Positions 28,882 through 43,498 of a DNA stretch of 64,000 nt are shown one piece after another. Made by a program: the position numbers and the translations under genes. Source of the DNA: Octopus sinensis (taxonomy: Eukaryota). Under the pieces are notes generated by a model, which was given only the letters and a program-made list of their open reading frames with translations, did no database searches and was not told the DNA's origin. The number at the start of each line of letters is the position of its first letter. Position 1 is the stretch's first letter. The DNA lies in contig NC_043003.1 in the NCBI RefSeq assembly GCF_006345805.1, positions 59,830,001 through 59,894,000 on the forward strand, written 5' to 3'.

Positions 28882-29539
28882 GCACATACATATATACACG
28901 CACACATACGCACACACATGTATGACTACTTATACGTGTGTATATTTGTGTGCGCATATATATACAAATATATATATAATATATATATATTATATATATA
29001 TATATATAACATGTAAATATGTATTACATATATGTATTACATACACATAAACAGACGTATAAATGTGTATCTGCGCGCCCAAACTTACATACATAGAAAT
29101 TCATCAACAATTTTACGTATTTGTTTAAAGTTTAAAGTAATAACAGTCCTGAATGTGCCTTAATTTCCTCTCACCAACTCCACAATAATGCATAATTTGA
29201 TAGAGTTTAGAGTTAGTTATATACATGCATATACAGAGCGCATGTATGTGTACGAGCATGTGTGTGTGCGCACGCGTGTGTGTGCGTACGTACGTATGTA
29301 CGAGTGTATGCATGTATATATTTGGCACGCGTAATTGTTTGTGTGAAAACATCAATTCTTAGCAACATAAAAAGCAATAATATATGTATTTTACCCTATA
29401 TTAGAAATGTTTAAATTTTCTATAGAAAACACAGACAAACTTACCTACGTGCAAAAAATTGCACGTGTTTTTATGTACTTCTGCTCATTCATATTATTGA
29501 AATAAATTATAAGCGCATTATATATAAGCATATATATAT

Positions 29540-29614
<75 letters not shown>

Positions 29615-29700
29615 GCACATACATATATACACGCACACATACGCACACACATGTATGACTACTTATACGTGTGTATATTTGTGTGCGCATATATATACAA

Positions 29701-29732
<32 letters not shown>

Positions 29733-29740
29733 GTATATAT
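28279..29740 (+). repeat. Direct tandem duplication, ~731-bp unit x2
   Basis: catgtaaatatgtattac starts at 28279 and again at 29010. The identical ORFs at 28394 and 29125 are offset by 731. Unique portions look identical; only the (AT)n tracts differ. Confidence 0.92.
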
Positions 29741-29825
29741 ATAATATATATATATTATATATTTATATGAATATATATATTATATAATATATATACATAC
29801 ATATATATATATATATTATATATAT

Positions 29826-29891
<66 letters not shown>

Positions 29892-29909
29892 ATATATATA
29901 TATACATAC

Positions 29910-29984
<75 letters not shown>

Positions 29985-30429
29985 CAAACACGTGAAATTA
30001 TTTATTATATATATTTACACACACACACACATAAATATATAATTTCAAAAAAAAAAATATATATATATACTTGTGTGCGTCTGTGTAATTACGCACACAC
30101 ACACACACACATACGTATATATAAGTGTCTTTGTTCGCATATCTGTGTATGTGTGTGTGTGTGTTTTTGTGGTGGGAGAATGTATGTCTTTGAATACTTT
30201 AGCCCTTCTGTGAATGTCTCGCAATTAGTGCTCGATTCTATGTTTTTTTTTTTTTTTGTACCCTGTATTTTATTGCTTATATATATATAATTGCCGCAAC
30301 CGTATTTTTTTCATGTTCCAACATTTATTTGAACGTCAGTTAACTGTCTCCTTCTCCGTGTGTGAATGTGATGCCGAATGTTTATACATGCTTTCGTGCG
30401 CGCCCGTGTGTGTATGTGTGTGCGCGCGT

Positions 30430-30460
<31 letters not shown>

Positions 30461-30631
30461 AAGTGTGTACGTGTGAGTGTTTGAGTTACTGAATTTTATA
30501 AGCTATAAGAGACATAACCGTAGTAAAGATTTGTGTATGCGTTTATATTTCAGAGAAACACTCAATACTTGCTCTCACATACACACACACACACATACAC
30601 ACACACACACATACACACACACACGCACACA

Positions 30632-30670
<39 letters not shown>

Positions 30671-30699
30671 TGTACATTTTTCTGAATATAAAAATATGC

Positions 30700-30972
30700 A
30701 AATATATACATATGTATGTGTGTGTGTGTGTGTGATTGAGTGTGTGTATGTGTGTGTGTGTGTGTGTGAGTGTATGTGTGTGTTTTAATACATATGTATG
30801 TGTGTGTGTGATTGAGAGTGTGTGTATGTGTGTGTATGTGTGTGTGTGTGTGATTGAGTGTGTGTGTGTGTGTGTGCGTGTGTGAGTGTATGTGTGTGTT
30901 TTAATACATATGTATGTGTGTGTGATTGAGTGTGTGTGTGTATGTGTGTATGTGTGTGTATGTGTGTGTGTG

Positions 30973-31017
<45 letters not shown>

Positions 31018-31020
31018 AAT
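30700..31020 (+). repeat. (GT)n-based minisatellite with a ~116-bp period
   Basis: Anchor ttttaatacatatgtatg at 30783 and 30899; partial anchors at ~30706 and 31014. Confidence 0.8.
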
Positions 31021-31271
31021 ATTTATATGAAAAAGAAACACGCTTTGGGGTGGAAGTGTAACCGATTACAGAATGGTTACGAAGAAAAGATACCGTTGAC
31101 CCTCGCAGAATGGCATGCAAAAGGAAAAATGACAGCACACCGGGCATTTAACGATGTATGTGTGCGTGCGTGTTTGTGTGTGTCTGTGTGTGCATTTGTG
31201 TATGTGTGTGTGTAGAGAGAGAGAGTACGTATCCATGTATAATAAGCACACGTATACGTATATTAAAAAAT

Positions 31272-31426
31272 GCGACGGATTTCCACAGTTTCCGTCTCCC
31301 AAATTCACCCTCAAGGCACTGGTCGTTTCTAGTCTTTAAAAGGAGAAATGTGCCCAAGGCGCTCCACACTGGAACTGAACTCGAAACCACGTGGCTGTAA
31401 AGCGATCTTCTAAATCTTATAGCCAT
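31272..31426 (-). mobile_element. Old family-A SINE head
   Basis: cgacggatttccacagtttccgtc...tgcccaaggcgctccacactggaactgaactcgaaaccacgtgg. Confidence 0.7.
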
Positions 31427-32245
31427 GTTTACGCGTTCAAATATATACGCGCGTGTGCGTACCCCCCCCCCCCACACACACACACACACATTCTGCTATC
31501 CAAGCAGAAACTTTTTCGCGAATATGTTTTATATCAACTTTTTAAAACTTATTGTAACATTTCTGTCATCATCTCATTATTTTCTCTCATTCTTTCTCCC
31601 CACTATTTTATTTGAAAATTTTATTACAAATTATACTTACAATCTGTGTCCGAATTTTGCCGATTATAACCATTCCTTAGTCAATAAAATACCAATCACC
31701 CAAAGTTATCTTTCTCCAAGCCTGTTACCCGTATGAGACATCAATGATATTTTCTCCCCTATAACGCCTGAGCTGGTTTTACCTTATACCTTTCCTCTGC
31801 TTGGTTGATATATGACAACCAGTCCATGAATGCTGTCTTAGGGCAAGGCCACTCTGGGAATTTTTCTCGATGGCCCCACGGATCAAGGGATCCGCTATAG
31901 AATTATGTTGTATTTGTATTCACAGAGGTTCAAGAACATTGATTTGTCCGGGGATCAACAGTACTGTTAAGCCGGTCCTGCCAAGCATGTATAGTGATAA
32001 AATTTTATCGATTAATTCATTCTCTGTTATAATTTTGATATTTCTACCAAAATTTGAAGCCAATTACTTGAGGGCATTTTAAAAGATTGCCGGGCGAAAT
32101 GATGTTTTTAAATATACTTCTGTGTTTTTTTCCCCTTTATAGAATTATCTCCCTTCGTAATTTCTCTTACAAATTTCATGTTGCCTAAATAAGTACAGGT
32201 TAAATACATGATCTGTCCAGGGCATATGTGTGATATTCTGCCTGT

Positions 32246-32400
32246 ATAAAACTGTGGGGTTGGCAGAAACGTTAGAGTGCTTGACAGAGCAGCTGTTATG
32301 TTCTGAGATCAAATATCTCTCACCCTTCCAGGGTCGATACAATGAAGTACTAGTCAAGTAATGAGATACTCTGGTAATCGAGCAATCTTCACCTCTTAAA
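32246..32400 (+). mobile_element. Degenerate family-B SINE
   Basis: ttggcagaaacgttagag...ttctgagatcaaat...ccttccagggtcgatacaatgaagtactag. Confidence 0.65.
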
Positions 32401-32522
32401 GTTGGTAGCATTGTGCCAAAACTAGAAACAATTATTCTTCTTATTGTAATTATTGTTCGTGAGATTTTTGCACGTTTCGTGATTTTGAGCCTTAGTATTG
32501 ACAACATGACATCATACGCTTC

Positions 32523-32588
<66 letters not shown>

Positions 32589-32905
32589 ATGCGTGTTTGT
32601 GTGTGTGTGTACATGCGTGTTTGTGTGTGTGTGTGCATATGATATGATTATGTGTATATGATACGTTTCTGTGTTGAGATGACGTTTTTAGCATTAAGCA
32701 CGTTGTTATTATCACGAAACATATGATAACACATCTATTAGTAATAATTCCATTAACACAGATATTAAATATTCATCTCTATTGTACAGAACGTTATTTA
32801 TAAATACCAAAGTATCTCTGAAAATACGTATGTAATATTGTTGATTTTATGTCATGTTTCACTGTACTTCATTTTATATGCAGAAGGTATATATATGAAG
32901 GTATA

Positions 32906-33075
32906 TGTAAGGAGTGGCTGTGTGGTAAGTAGCTTGTTTACCAGTCACATGGTTCCGGGTTCAGTCTCACTGCGTAGCACCTTGGGCAAGTGTCTTCTAC
33001 TATAGCCTCGGGCCGACCAAAGCTTTGTGAGTGGATTTGGTAGACGGAAACTGAAAGAAGTCCGTCGTATATATG

Positions 33076-33106
<31 letters not shown>

Positions 33107-33196
33107 TTGTGTGTCTGTGCTTGTCCCCCTAGCATTGCTTGACAACCGATGCTGGTGTGTTTATGTCCCCGTAACTTAGCGGTTCGGCAAAAAGAC
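32906..33196 (+). mobile_element. Family-A SINE, 3'-truncated
   Basis: Near-consensus head ggagtggctgtgtggtaagtagc...ggttccgggttcagtc...caccttgggcaagtgtcttctactatagcc. Confidence 0.9.
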
Positions 33197-34995
33197 TCTG
33201 ATATATATATGTATATTATATATATATTATTATATATAATATATATATATATATAATATATACACATAACATTATATATAATATGTGTGTGTGTATGCAT
33301 GGATACATATATACATACGTGTATGTATGTGTGTGCGCGATAGTCAGTGTGTATGTGGGAATTGCATGTCTGTTTTCCATATACTTGTTTGCTGTGTAGT
33401 CGCCAAACGCAACTATAATGCACTTTTCTACTGGATACTTATACAGTGCCTAAAAGACCTAATAATTTTTGACTAATATCAATAATACATAATAATACTG
33501 ATAGGCCAACAAATTTGAGTGGGGTTTTTATTCGATTGCACCGGCTTGACTTGTGCTTTGATTTATTGATCCCGAAATAATGAATTGCAAAGCTGAACCT
33601 GACGGAATTCTGACTGTACAGTGCCGGAAATAATAACGCGATGCATTTTACCAGATGCTTCGACGATTCTACCAGCTCAGTCATACTCATTTCTGCAAAC
33701 AATTTCTGTCAATTAAGATGTAAGGAGTTTTGTCCCTTGCCAATTTCCAAAATAATTTTCAGTAACGATATTGTTTACTTTCATGATAGATTTTAACTTG
33801 TCCAGCTTAGAATCCTTTTTCGGATCCTCAACTAAACTTGAGTGTATATTTCTTTGTTCTTCACAAAACATTTCCCTGATTCAGGTACGCATATACAAAC
33901 ACATATGCATTCAAACATTCACACGCACACACGTGTGGGTGTTTGTATATGTAGTCGAATGTGTGGGAGAGCGTCTCTACATATACGTAAAAGACAAGAC
34001 TTGCTAAGAGAAATACCGAATTCTTTCTAAGATCAATTTTAGTAATGATTCATGCACTTTTTCATGGACTGTCTTAAACTTTTTATTGCAAGATATCTTA
34101 AAATATGCTCATTATTTACAGCTACGACTTATTCTCATCATACCGTAGGAATAGAGTAAATAGATATGATAAAATGATCATTCTGGAAATTCGATTGGTT
34201 TTAGACATATAATCGTATATGTCAAAAACACTTGTGATTAAAACCATGACACATACCTCAATAATCCTCATTTGAGGAAGGGAGATAATCCTGAGCTATT
34301 AACTGACATCTGAGAGATGCCATAACTGGACTTGAAACAGACACCACGCGTGCGCGTGTGTGTTTGTATGTGCATGTGTGTGTGCGCGCGATTGATTATA
34401 TATATGTGTATACATGTGTATACGCATATATGTGAGTGTAAGAACGTTCATATATGTTTTGCATGCGTCTGTCCCCATATGTTTCTACGGCAACACCGCT
34501 TGAAAAACGATGCTTTTTGTTTATGCTCCTTAACATAGCACTTAGATGTTAAAGAGCAAGCATAAAAGTAAGTACTGGGTCTGATAATATAATCAAATAA
34601 ACCTCTTCGAATCGGTTTCTCCGTATGGCAGTAGGAAAAAACCGCGAGAAAAGTAAAAGAATAAAAAGAAGTGAAAAAAAGGAAGGAAAAAAATAACATC
34701 TTTTACTAAGTTGTTCAGGGCAGAGACACTTTGGATAGAAAAATTTTATTTATTAGAATAATACATCCTTATTTGAATAATTATTAATAATTATCGTTTG
34801 ATCTCTAGATGTGTTGCAGATTTTTCAAAGTCTTACATCGTGTCATGCGTACGTACTGATAAGTAGGTGAAACCAAATCGTACATTAGTACATATATCGT
34901 GAAATCATACTGTGGTGAATGCATTGTTTTGTAGCATTCACATATACGTTATTCGTTTGGTTTAAGAAGATTTTGTACCTAATCATAATCATTAT

Positions 34996-35306
34996 GTTGT
35001 GTTGTTGTTTGTTCCTTCTCGAGCCATGCCTGGCTCATAAGGGCCGGTTTTCCGGTTTCATTGGCATGTAGGTTCCCCACCTGGACAGGACGCCGGTCCG
35101 TCACAGGTGAACTGCTACAAACAGGAGGAAAGAGTGAGAGAAAGTTGTGGCGAAAGAGTCAGCAGAAGTTCGCCATTACCTTCTGCCGGAGCCGCGTGGA
35201 GTTTGGGTTTTTCACTCATAAAAACACAATGTTCGGCCTGAGATTCGAACCTGCGATCCCTCGACCGCGAGTCTGCTGCTCTAACCGCCAGGTCATGTGC
35301 CTCCAC
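34996..35306 (-). mobile_element. Full-length tRNA-derived SINE of a third family (D) with (CAA)n tail and decayed 12-bp TSD
   Basis: The minus strand starts gtggaggcacatgacctggcggttagagcagc...ggttcgaatc (A- and B-box). The flanks cataatcattat (34984-34995) and catgattattat (35307-35318) are 10/12 identical. Confidence 0.85.
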
Positions 35307-35379
35307 CATGATTATTATAAGCGAAAGAAACATTCAGGATACTTTACCTTGGGCAGAAATTGCATGAGTTACTCAGATG

Positions 35380-35792
35380 TATACTCTCTCTTTTTCTCTT
35401 TTACTTGTTTCAGTCATTTGACTGTGGCTATGCTGGAGCACCGTCTTCTAGTCGAAGAAATAGACCCCAGGACTTATTCTTTGTAAGCCTAGTACTTATT
35501 CTATCGGTCTCTTTTGCCGAACCGCTAAGTTATGGGGACGTAAACACACCGGCATCGGTTGTCAAGCGATGATGTGGGGGACAAACATAGACACAAACAC
35601 ACACACACACACACATATACATATACATGTATACGACGGGCTTCTTTCAGTTTACATCTACCAAATCTACTCACAAGGCTTTGTTCGGCCCGAGGCTATA
35701 GTAGAAGACGCCCAAGGTACCACGCAGTGGGACTGAACCCGGAACCATGTGGTTGATAAGCAAGCTACTTACCACACAGCCACTCCTGCGCC
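35380..35792 (-). mobile_element. Full-length family-A SINE
   Basis: Ends cttaccacacagccactcctgcgcc; the whole consensus is present in reverse. Confidence 0.92.
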
Positions 35793-36803
35793 TATGCTTT
35801 TCTTCTGAATCCGTCACCATATCGAGATCACTTCCTGATATTGCGATTGTATTATCATCAGTTATTTCAGGGCCAAAAGCGTTTCACCATTGAGTCTGTA
35901 CGATTTTTCTGTGAAAGGTAGAGAGGACTGAATTAGAGTTTGTCCGCAGAAGATTTGTTTAATAACATACTCCTTGAGCTGGTTCATGTCCTTCCTCCAC
36001 AGATTAAATTCCCCATTCCCTATTGATATTATAACAGCAACAAAAATCTCGGCAAGCGTCTTATTTACTTAACACATTTAAGAGAAATAAAATATCGATG
36101 ATTAATTGATTACTTGTTGATTGATATTAATCAGATGAGTCAACCAGAAGCAATCAAATTAAGCTCCAATGTCCCCGATTACTAACACACATTTACAACA
36201 AATTAAAAGGAAAGAAAAAGGAAATCACCCAGAAGTATATTTAAAAACATCGTCGCCATTATTAAACTAATCACGCTATTGTTTGTATTAGTATTTTCAT
36301 TCTGAATGTAAGTATAAATAGATCTCTTGTCATCTCAACAATAAATTAAGTTCAAGATTTAAGACAATTAAACTTTAATATGGTTATCAATTGTTTATCA
36401 TCAATCTAACGCAATATAAGTTTTAGAAAAAAATAATATAAACAACGAAGTCATTAAGGATTGTACGTATTACATGGGTTAAGTATAGAATGTACTGGGA
36501 AATTTCAATAGTTCATTCCTTTCAGTGTAGATTTTATGAGCACAGATTAGATTACATGATCGTAATGACAATAACGGTAATATATTTTGTTGATCCTTAA
36601 ATAATTTCAGGTACACCGGATTAAATAATCCCAAAACTTGTGTAGCACAGGCACACAGATAGATAGTTGCTATAGATAGATACATAGAGAGAGAGAGAAA
36701 GAGAGGGATAAAGAGGGATAAAGAGATAGATAATATGTGTATACGTATCAATTATGTATATATATATATATACTCATAAATACATACATATATATATATA
36801 CAT

Positions 36804-36868
<65 letters not shown>

Positions 36869-37415
36869 CTCATTAATACATACATATATACATGTTTTTA
36901 TATATATATACACATGTATAAGCATATAAATATATATATGTATATGCATATATATATACATATAAATATATATATGTATATATATGTGCATATAAATATA
37001 TACATATATATGAATATAAATGTATATATATGTTTATATATATATATATATGTATACATATATATATGTGTGTGTGTGTATTCCTTTATGAAATAGTATG
37101 TATATTTTTATTTATGCATATACACATATATATATTTGTATAAGCATATTGTGTCCTACAAAAGCTTTATGAATCGTTACACGAGGCATCAACATAGAAT
37201 CAATATGCATGTAAGTTTTAATAATAAAAAAAATTATATTGATTTGCTCACCTATGCTCGCTAATGATATATTTCAGGGGAAGCAACTGACAAGAAACTC
37301 ACAGGGAGCGATCTTTTGACGTTTTCTGTTCGTACAGGTAACGTTCGATGTACCTCCCTGTCAGTATACTTACCTCTATATTGGGAAGCGTTAGTCCATT
37401 CCATATATATATACC

Positions 37416-37463
<48 letters not shown>

Positions 37464-37923
37464 ATGTACAATATATATATATATACTATATATGTATGTA
37501 TTGCATAATATATATATAACGCAATATATATATATATATATTTAATGCATACTATATATGTATAGCATATATACTATATCTATATATAAATATATATACT
37601 ATATATGTATGTATGCATTTTATAATATATATATATATATATATACATATATACATATGCACACACACACACATATATATGCACGCAGATAATTCAAGTA
37701 TTCATATATATATATATGTATGTATTTAGGCATATGATAAATATATATATAGACACGCACACACACACACCTAGAAACACTGACACACACATATAAATAT
37801 ATATATATGCAAATTCCTACTCATTAATATATAAATTAGTTTTTTCTGAGAGAGAGAGAGAGAGAGAGAGAAACAAATAAATAAATAGATAGATAGACTT
37901 GTATGTAGATGCGTACACATACA

Positions 37924-37967
<44 letters not shown>

Positions 37968-38420
37968 TTACATACATATATACATAATTGTATATGAGTT
38001 ACATACATATATACATATCTGTGTGTGTGTCTGTCTCTGTGCTCGCGTGCGTGTAAAGAAAGTATTTTAATTAATATTTAGTTGTAATTTAAATTTCTAC
38101 CTTGGGTAAATCAACAAGCACATCCCTATACATGGGTCAGGTCTTTAGGACTTTGTCACTCACGATCGCAAGATCGCGGTTCCAATTCTTGGACCCATTA
38201 ATGCAATGTGTTCTGCAATCATTCTCCTCGTGATGTGTGCAATACTGTGCTACTATTTGAGTAAGGTTGATTTGATGCAGAGAGTGACCTTGCGCAGCAC
38301 ATATAGCGGATCATTACAAACAAATTATTTGTGTGTGTTGTTCAGCGTAAACCTGACAGCTCATACGTTGTCTTTAACGGGAGTTTCCATGGCATATATC
38401 TATATCTATATCATCTATAT

Positions 38421-38815
38421 CTGTGGTAAGTAGCTTGCTTACCAGCCACATGACCCTGGGTTCAGTCCCACTGCGTGTCACCTTAGGCAAGTGTTTACTA
38501 CTATAGCCTCAGGCCGACCAAAGCCTTGTGAGTGGATTTAGTAGACGGACACTGAAAGAAGCCCATATATATATATATGCATATATATATAATATATATA
38601 TGTGCATATGTTTGTGCGTCTGTGTTTATCCCACCAGCATCGCTTGACAACCGATGCTGGTGTGTTGTCGTCCCCGTAACTTAGCGGTTCTGCAAAAGAA
38701 ACTGATAGGATAAGTACTAGGCTTACAACAAATAAGTCCTGGGGTCGATTTGTTCGATTAAAGGCGGTGCTCCTGTATGCCTGCAGTCAACCGACTGAAT
38801 CAAATAAAAAATATA
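38421..38815 (+). mobile_element. Family-A SINE
   Basis: tgtggtaagtagcttgcttaccagccacatg...gggttcagtccc through gctcctgtatgcctgcagtc. Confidence 0.9.
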
Positions 38816-38825
38816 AAGGGTATAA

Positions 38826-38997
38826 GGGGGCCAGTCGATTAGATCGACTGCAGTGCGTAACTGGTACTTATTTAATCGACCCCGACAGGATGAAAGGCAA
38901 AGTTGACCTCGGCGGAATTTGAACTCAGATCGTAGCGGCAGACGAAATACCGCTAAGCATTTCGTCCAGCGGGCTAACGATTCTGCCAGCTCGCCGC
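38826..38997 (-). mobile_element. Family-B SINE
   Basis: atcgaccccgacaggatgaaaggcaaagttgacctcggcggaatttgaactcag...ctgccagctcgccgc. Confidence 0.9.
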
Positions 38998-39000
38998 TCT

Positions 39001-39310
39001 GTGTGGTGTCTTCTAACATAGCCTCGGGCCAACCAAAGCCTTGTGAATGGATATGTTAGACGGAAACTGAAAGAAGTCCGTCGTATACGTATTTATATGT
39101 GTCTTTAAGTTTATTTTTGTTCTTCATCATCGCTTGACAATAAGTGTTGGTGTGTTTACATCCCTGTAACATAGCAGTGCGGCAAAAGACCATGATAGAA
39201 TAAGTACCCGGCTTAAAAAATACAAACACTTAGGCCGAATCCTTCGACCAAAAGTTCATCAAGGTGTTGCCCCAGCATGGCCGCTGTGTAATGACAATTA
39301 AAAGAAAAGA
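39001..39310 (+). mobile_element. Family-A SINE lacking most of the tRNA head
   Basis: gtgtgg is joined directly to tgtcttctaacatagcctcgggcc, followed by the body and tail. Confidence 0.8.
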
Positions 39311-42300
39311 GATATGATACATTTGTTTGTGTTTGTGCGTGCATGCGTAAGAGCATGGGTAGAACTAGAAAAAAACCGGCATAATTGATGGATTGATGGA
39401 ATAGCATATAGAGTCACTAACGATCGAGCACTTAAACGTGCAGATCAGGGAGGCTAATCTCTATACTTATTTAGAGAATGTGTATCAGATACATATTTCT
39501 GTAATACCCTGTTTCCGATAGATGAATTTCTCACTCTCTTACGTAACACTGCAAATAGCCCTGTTTGAAGACTGTCATTTGTTAAATGATCTACATATTT
39601 CTTAAAGATATATAATGTATAATTTTGTGCATCGTTAAGCAAAAATTATACGTAGCTCAAATGCCCTGTTATTGATACAAATAATAATTAGAGTTCTTTC
39701 TCTGTCACAGATATCATTAAAACAATGTTGAAAGTGTAATTAGTGAAATAGATATTTTTGTTTAATCCCTAAAGCATTAACTTTTTCTTTTTAATATTCA
39801 TTTTTCTTTAAACAGGAGAAAAAGTAGAGTTAAACAGAAATAAAATTCGAAAATTATATTTCAGCTAAAATATGGTTTGTGTATAATAAGAACATTAATT
39901 TCTATCTTCTTGTAGGCTTCATTTTCGTTTCTGCTAAACGAATTAACGAGTAGGAAAGAAGAATAAATTAGCTAAACTTCAGATTAGGCGCCAAACAACG
40001 ATTCTTTCGTCTGTTGCATATTGCATGTGACAGTTAAACTAATTGTCTGAGATAAGAGAATTTAACGAACATTTACCTTAAAAATGTTGAGGAGCAATTA
40101 AAAACTATTACATGTATATCCTTAGAGGCCACTCACAAACTTTAATTTTTTTTCTTTATCACCAGAATCCCACAACGTACGTTGAATTACGAAAGTGTGA
40201 CTCTTCACTAGCTTTGTTGATCTTTATATTGTTTGTTTGATTTCAACAGAGGTAATTAGTTTCCAACACATATATTAGTGTCATAAATGATAATTTCTTT
40301 TTCTCTGAATAAACGTTGGGAAGAATGAGATTATATGACTTTCATGTTTTAGTTAAAGATATTAGCATTGAAGTGAAGAGCAAATTCTACAACCGAGTTT
40401 CGAAAATAAGTCTTACAAACACTAATTTTGTGAAGGCAAAATGTTTGCAAGGTTTAAAGAAGGACTATTAAGATGTTCATGTCTTTTCCTGGGGCGTTAA
40501 GTAACTAAATTACGTCTATGATAGAAATAGGCCCCTGAAATATTTTCCCTAAGACAAGAAACAAAGAAATGTAGAATTTTGATATTCCCGCTTTTCAATC
40601 GTTTATGTAGCTGAATGAAGTGAGATACCCAAAAACTTGCGTCGAAATATTTTGGGTTAGGAAATATTTTGAAAGTGTAAAGAAAGCGAGAAAGGCGATT
40701 ATATTTCCAGAAAGCTAAGACAGTGATAAGAAGAATGAGAAAAAGACACAAAATGGTATCTCGAGAGGTTAGTTAGTTGAATACAATTTCAGTAATTCTA
40801 AAAGAAATAAATGACTTTCCTTACGCTGTCAAACAAAATTTACGCTAGTAACCTTGAACTTTGTGTCTCAAATCAGGCTCAAGTAAAAACCTCCTGCGTA
40901 AGATCACATTTGAAGGAGACTTTCATGCAGGGACATTGCATCTATTATCAGTATTTCAACCTTTACCTTGTTATACTCTGTAGTGTTCATACTAATATAA
41001 CCTATATTTTATGTATAATGTTATATAAGGTGCTATGTCTATATTTTAGAGTGAGCAATGTAAAATGTATATAAAACACTGGCCACTGGAAAATCTCGGT
41101 AAAAGGTCAAGGGGTCATATCCAATTATTAGTGCCAAGTTCCTTTACATTCTATCAAGGCAAATGTAAACCAACGGTGACAGAAATGATTATATGCATAT
41201 ATTTTTAGTTTAACTCTTTTAAAATATATTTTAGAATTTAACTTTAACACCTAAATTATCTCCCTTCGATACTTCCTTCATACTACAATGTTTATGACAT
41301 GCTTCCTTGCACCGGAAGTCTACCCATAAACATCGATCAAAGAATACAATCAGACAATTCCGCTCCGCACATATTTGGGCCTTGAAAATTGATATATGCG
41401 GAATTCTTTAACTAAAATAAAAATTTACTGCTAGAAAATAAGACATATCTTAATAATTAATTAAGTGGAACAAAGACTTAAAAATCTTTTAAAAAAGTTA
41501 ATCATTTGATAGTGAATTGCGATCTTTAGATATTTGAAGATAAATTCTTAAAGATACGATGCAAATTGATACTAATATAAATATATGTAAAACTCAGTTA
41601 AACTATAGAAGCTTCATGTATGGAAGAAGTTCATGTTGCCATTTAGTTTATTTACCAACATTAGGAATAAATTATTCACATTCACAAGACATGCATTTCT
41701 TCATCATTACTCTCGACCATCCCGAATGAATGAGCCAAAGGAACACTCTACATTGGAGTGGTCGAAGTTATTGGAATAGCACTAAATTCTTATATGATAC
41801 ACTACTCTTTCTCTCATTCACTTTCTCATCTTTCTCTCGTTCTCTCTTTCTCTCTCTCTAAAAAAATAGAAGTCCTGAGTATCGTTGCTCGTGATACTGT
41901 AAAAAGAAAAGAAGGATGGTCACAGCTGGAGTTCTTTGTAGCATACATGTGCTCAGAGCTAATATTGCGTTGAACAACAGCAAGAACGACAGCATCAAAA
42001 ATAACACACACACACACACATTTGATACTAAGTAAATTATCAGCTTCAATATCATAATCATAATGCTCACTATCCTCATAAACAAGAACTTCATCAAGGT
42101 CCACCTCACCACCACCACCATCATAGTCCTCATGACCACTTGCTCGTTACCATCACCAGCAACATCGTATTCTCCATCATCCCACCACCACCACCACCAC
42201 CACCACCACCACCACCACCACCGTCACCAAAAACATCACCACCACCAACATTACCATCACCTCAACCATCATCAGCACTACTATTATCGTTATCTGCCGC

Positions 42301-42330
42301 AGATGCTGCTACTACCACGACCACCACGAT

Positions 42331-42362
<32 letters not shown>

Positions 42363-43244
42363 ATACTAATACTATACTACTACTACTATCTTCAACACCA
42401 CCAACACCTCCACCTCCACCTCCACCACCACTACCACCACCACCGCTGCGGTTTTTTCCCATTGCTCTATGGCCCATTTCAGACATTTTGTTTGTGTGTT
42501 ATTTTGTGTTTGTGTGTGATCTATGATGAGTTCGAAACGATCCTTTATTATCTCATATTAAACTATCGGCAGTCGACATTTCAAACATTAAATATTGAAC
42601 ACCATCACAATATTCTAGTTCTAGGAGACTTGAAATCACAGCCAGAGATATTCATTCTATGTCTCTAGACAACTGAATTTCTTGTTTCGAATTCAGAAAT
42701 ATCTCTATTACCACACATCGTAATGCAACACAGGTAATAGGGAGTGATGTTAATACGACGTATTTTGGTTACTAATTATGAGCTAGCTGCGTGACCGGAA
42801 GATTAAACTATAAAATATCATTTGATAATAATGCTGCTGCCGCTGCTGCTGCTGCCACTGCTGCTGCTGCTGCTAGTGTTGCTTCGTGCACTGTTACAAA
42901 AATATGTAGGAAATGATATGAATAAATGCTTTGCAATGATATTATTTCTTTAAGAACTTCTAAGTTCTGTACTCCTTTATCATATAACCCAGTAATTAAA
43001 TTAACATAGATCGTTGTATTGACTGGAATCATCTCGGAATCAGTTCTGACGCCTTTGGTTGTTAACGCTAAAGAGGTTTACATCGCAAGTCATCTGCTAA
43101 ACGTATTTATTAGGAAAGTAACCATAAAAACAAAAAAAAAGAATAACAACAGGAAATAGTAATAAAAATATAAATAAAAATGATGTCGATGATTACAATA
43201 ATATGGTATATTATTAGTATTATTAATCATTTTTTATATTCCAT

Positions 43245-43456
43245 AAGTTTGGTACAAGGCCAGCAATTTCAGGAAGGGGGAACGTCGATTACATCCACCT
43301 CAGTGCTCAACTGATATTTATTTTATCGATCCCACGAAATGATAAAATGCATAGGCGGTAACGGCAGCATTTGAACTGAGAACGTAAAGACAGAGGAAAA
43401 TACCACTAATCACTTTGTCCGGCATGCTAACGACTCTGCCACCTCGCCGCCCAAAT

Positions 43457-43498
<42 letters not shown>

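Noticed and set aside
31926-35917. Exon-like bits RFKNIDLSGDQQYC* (31926) and GQKRFTIESVRFFCE (35871)
   Set aside because: Short, with weak or absent donors and no recognisable homology; expected by chance.
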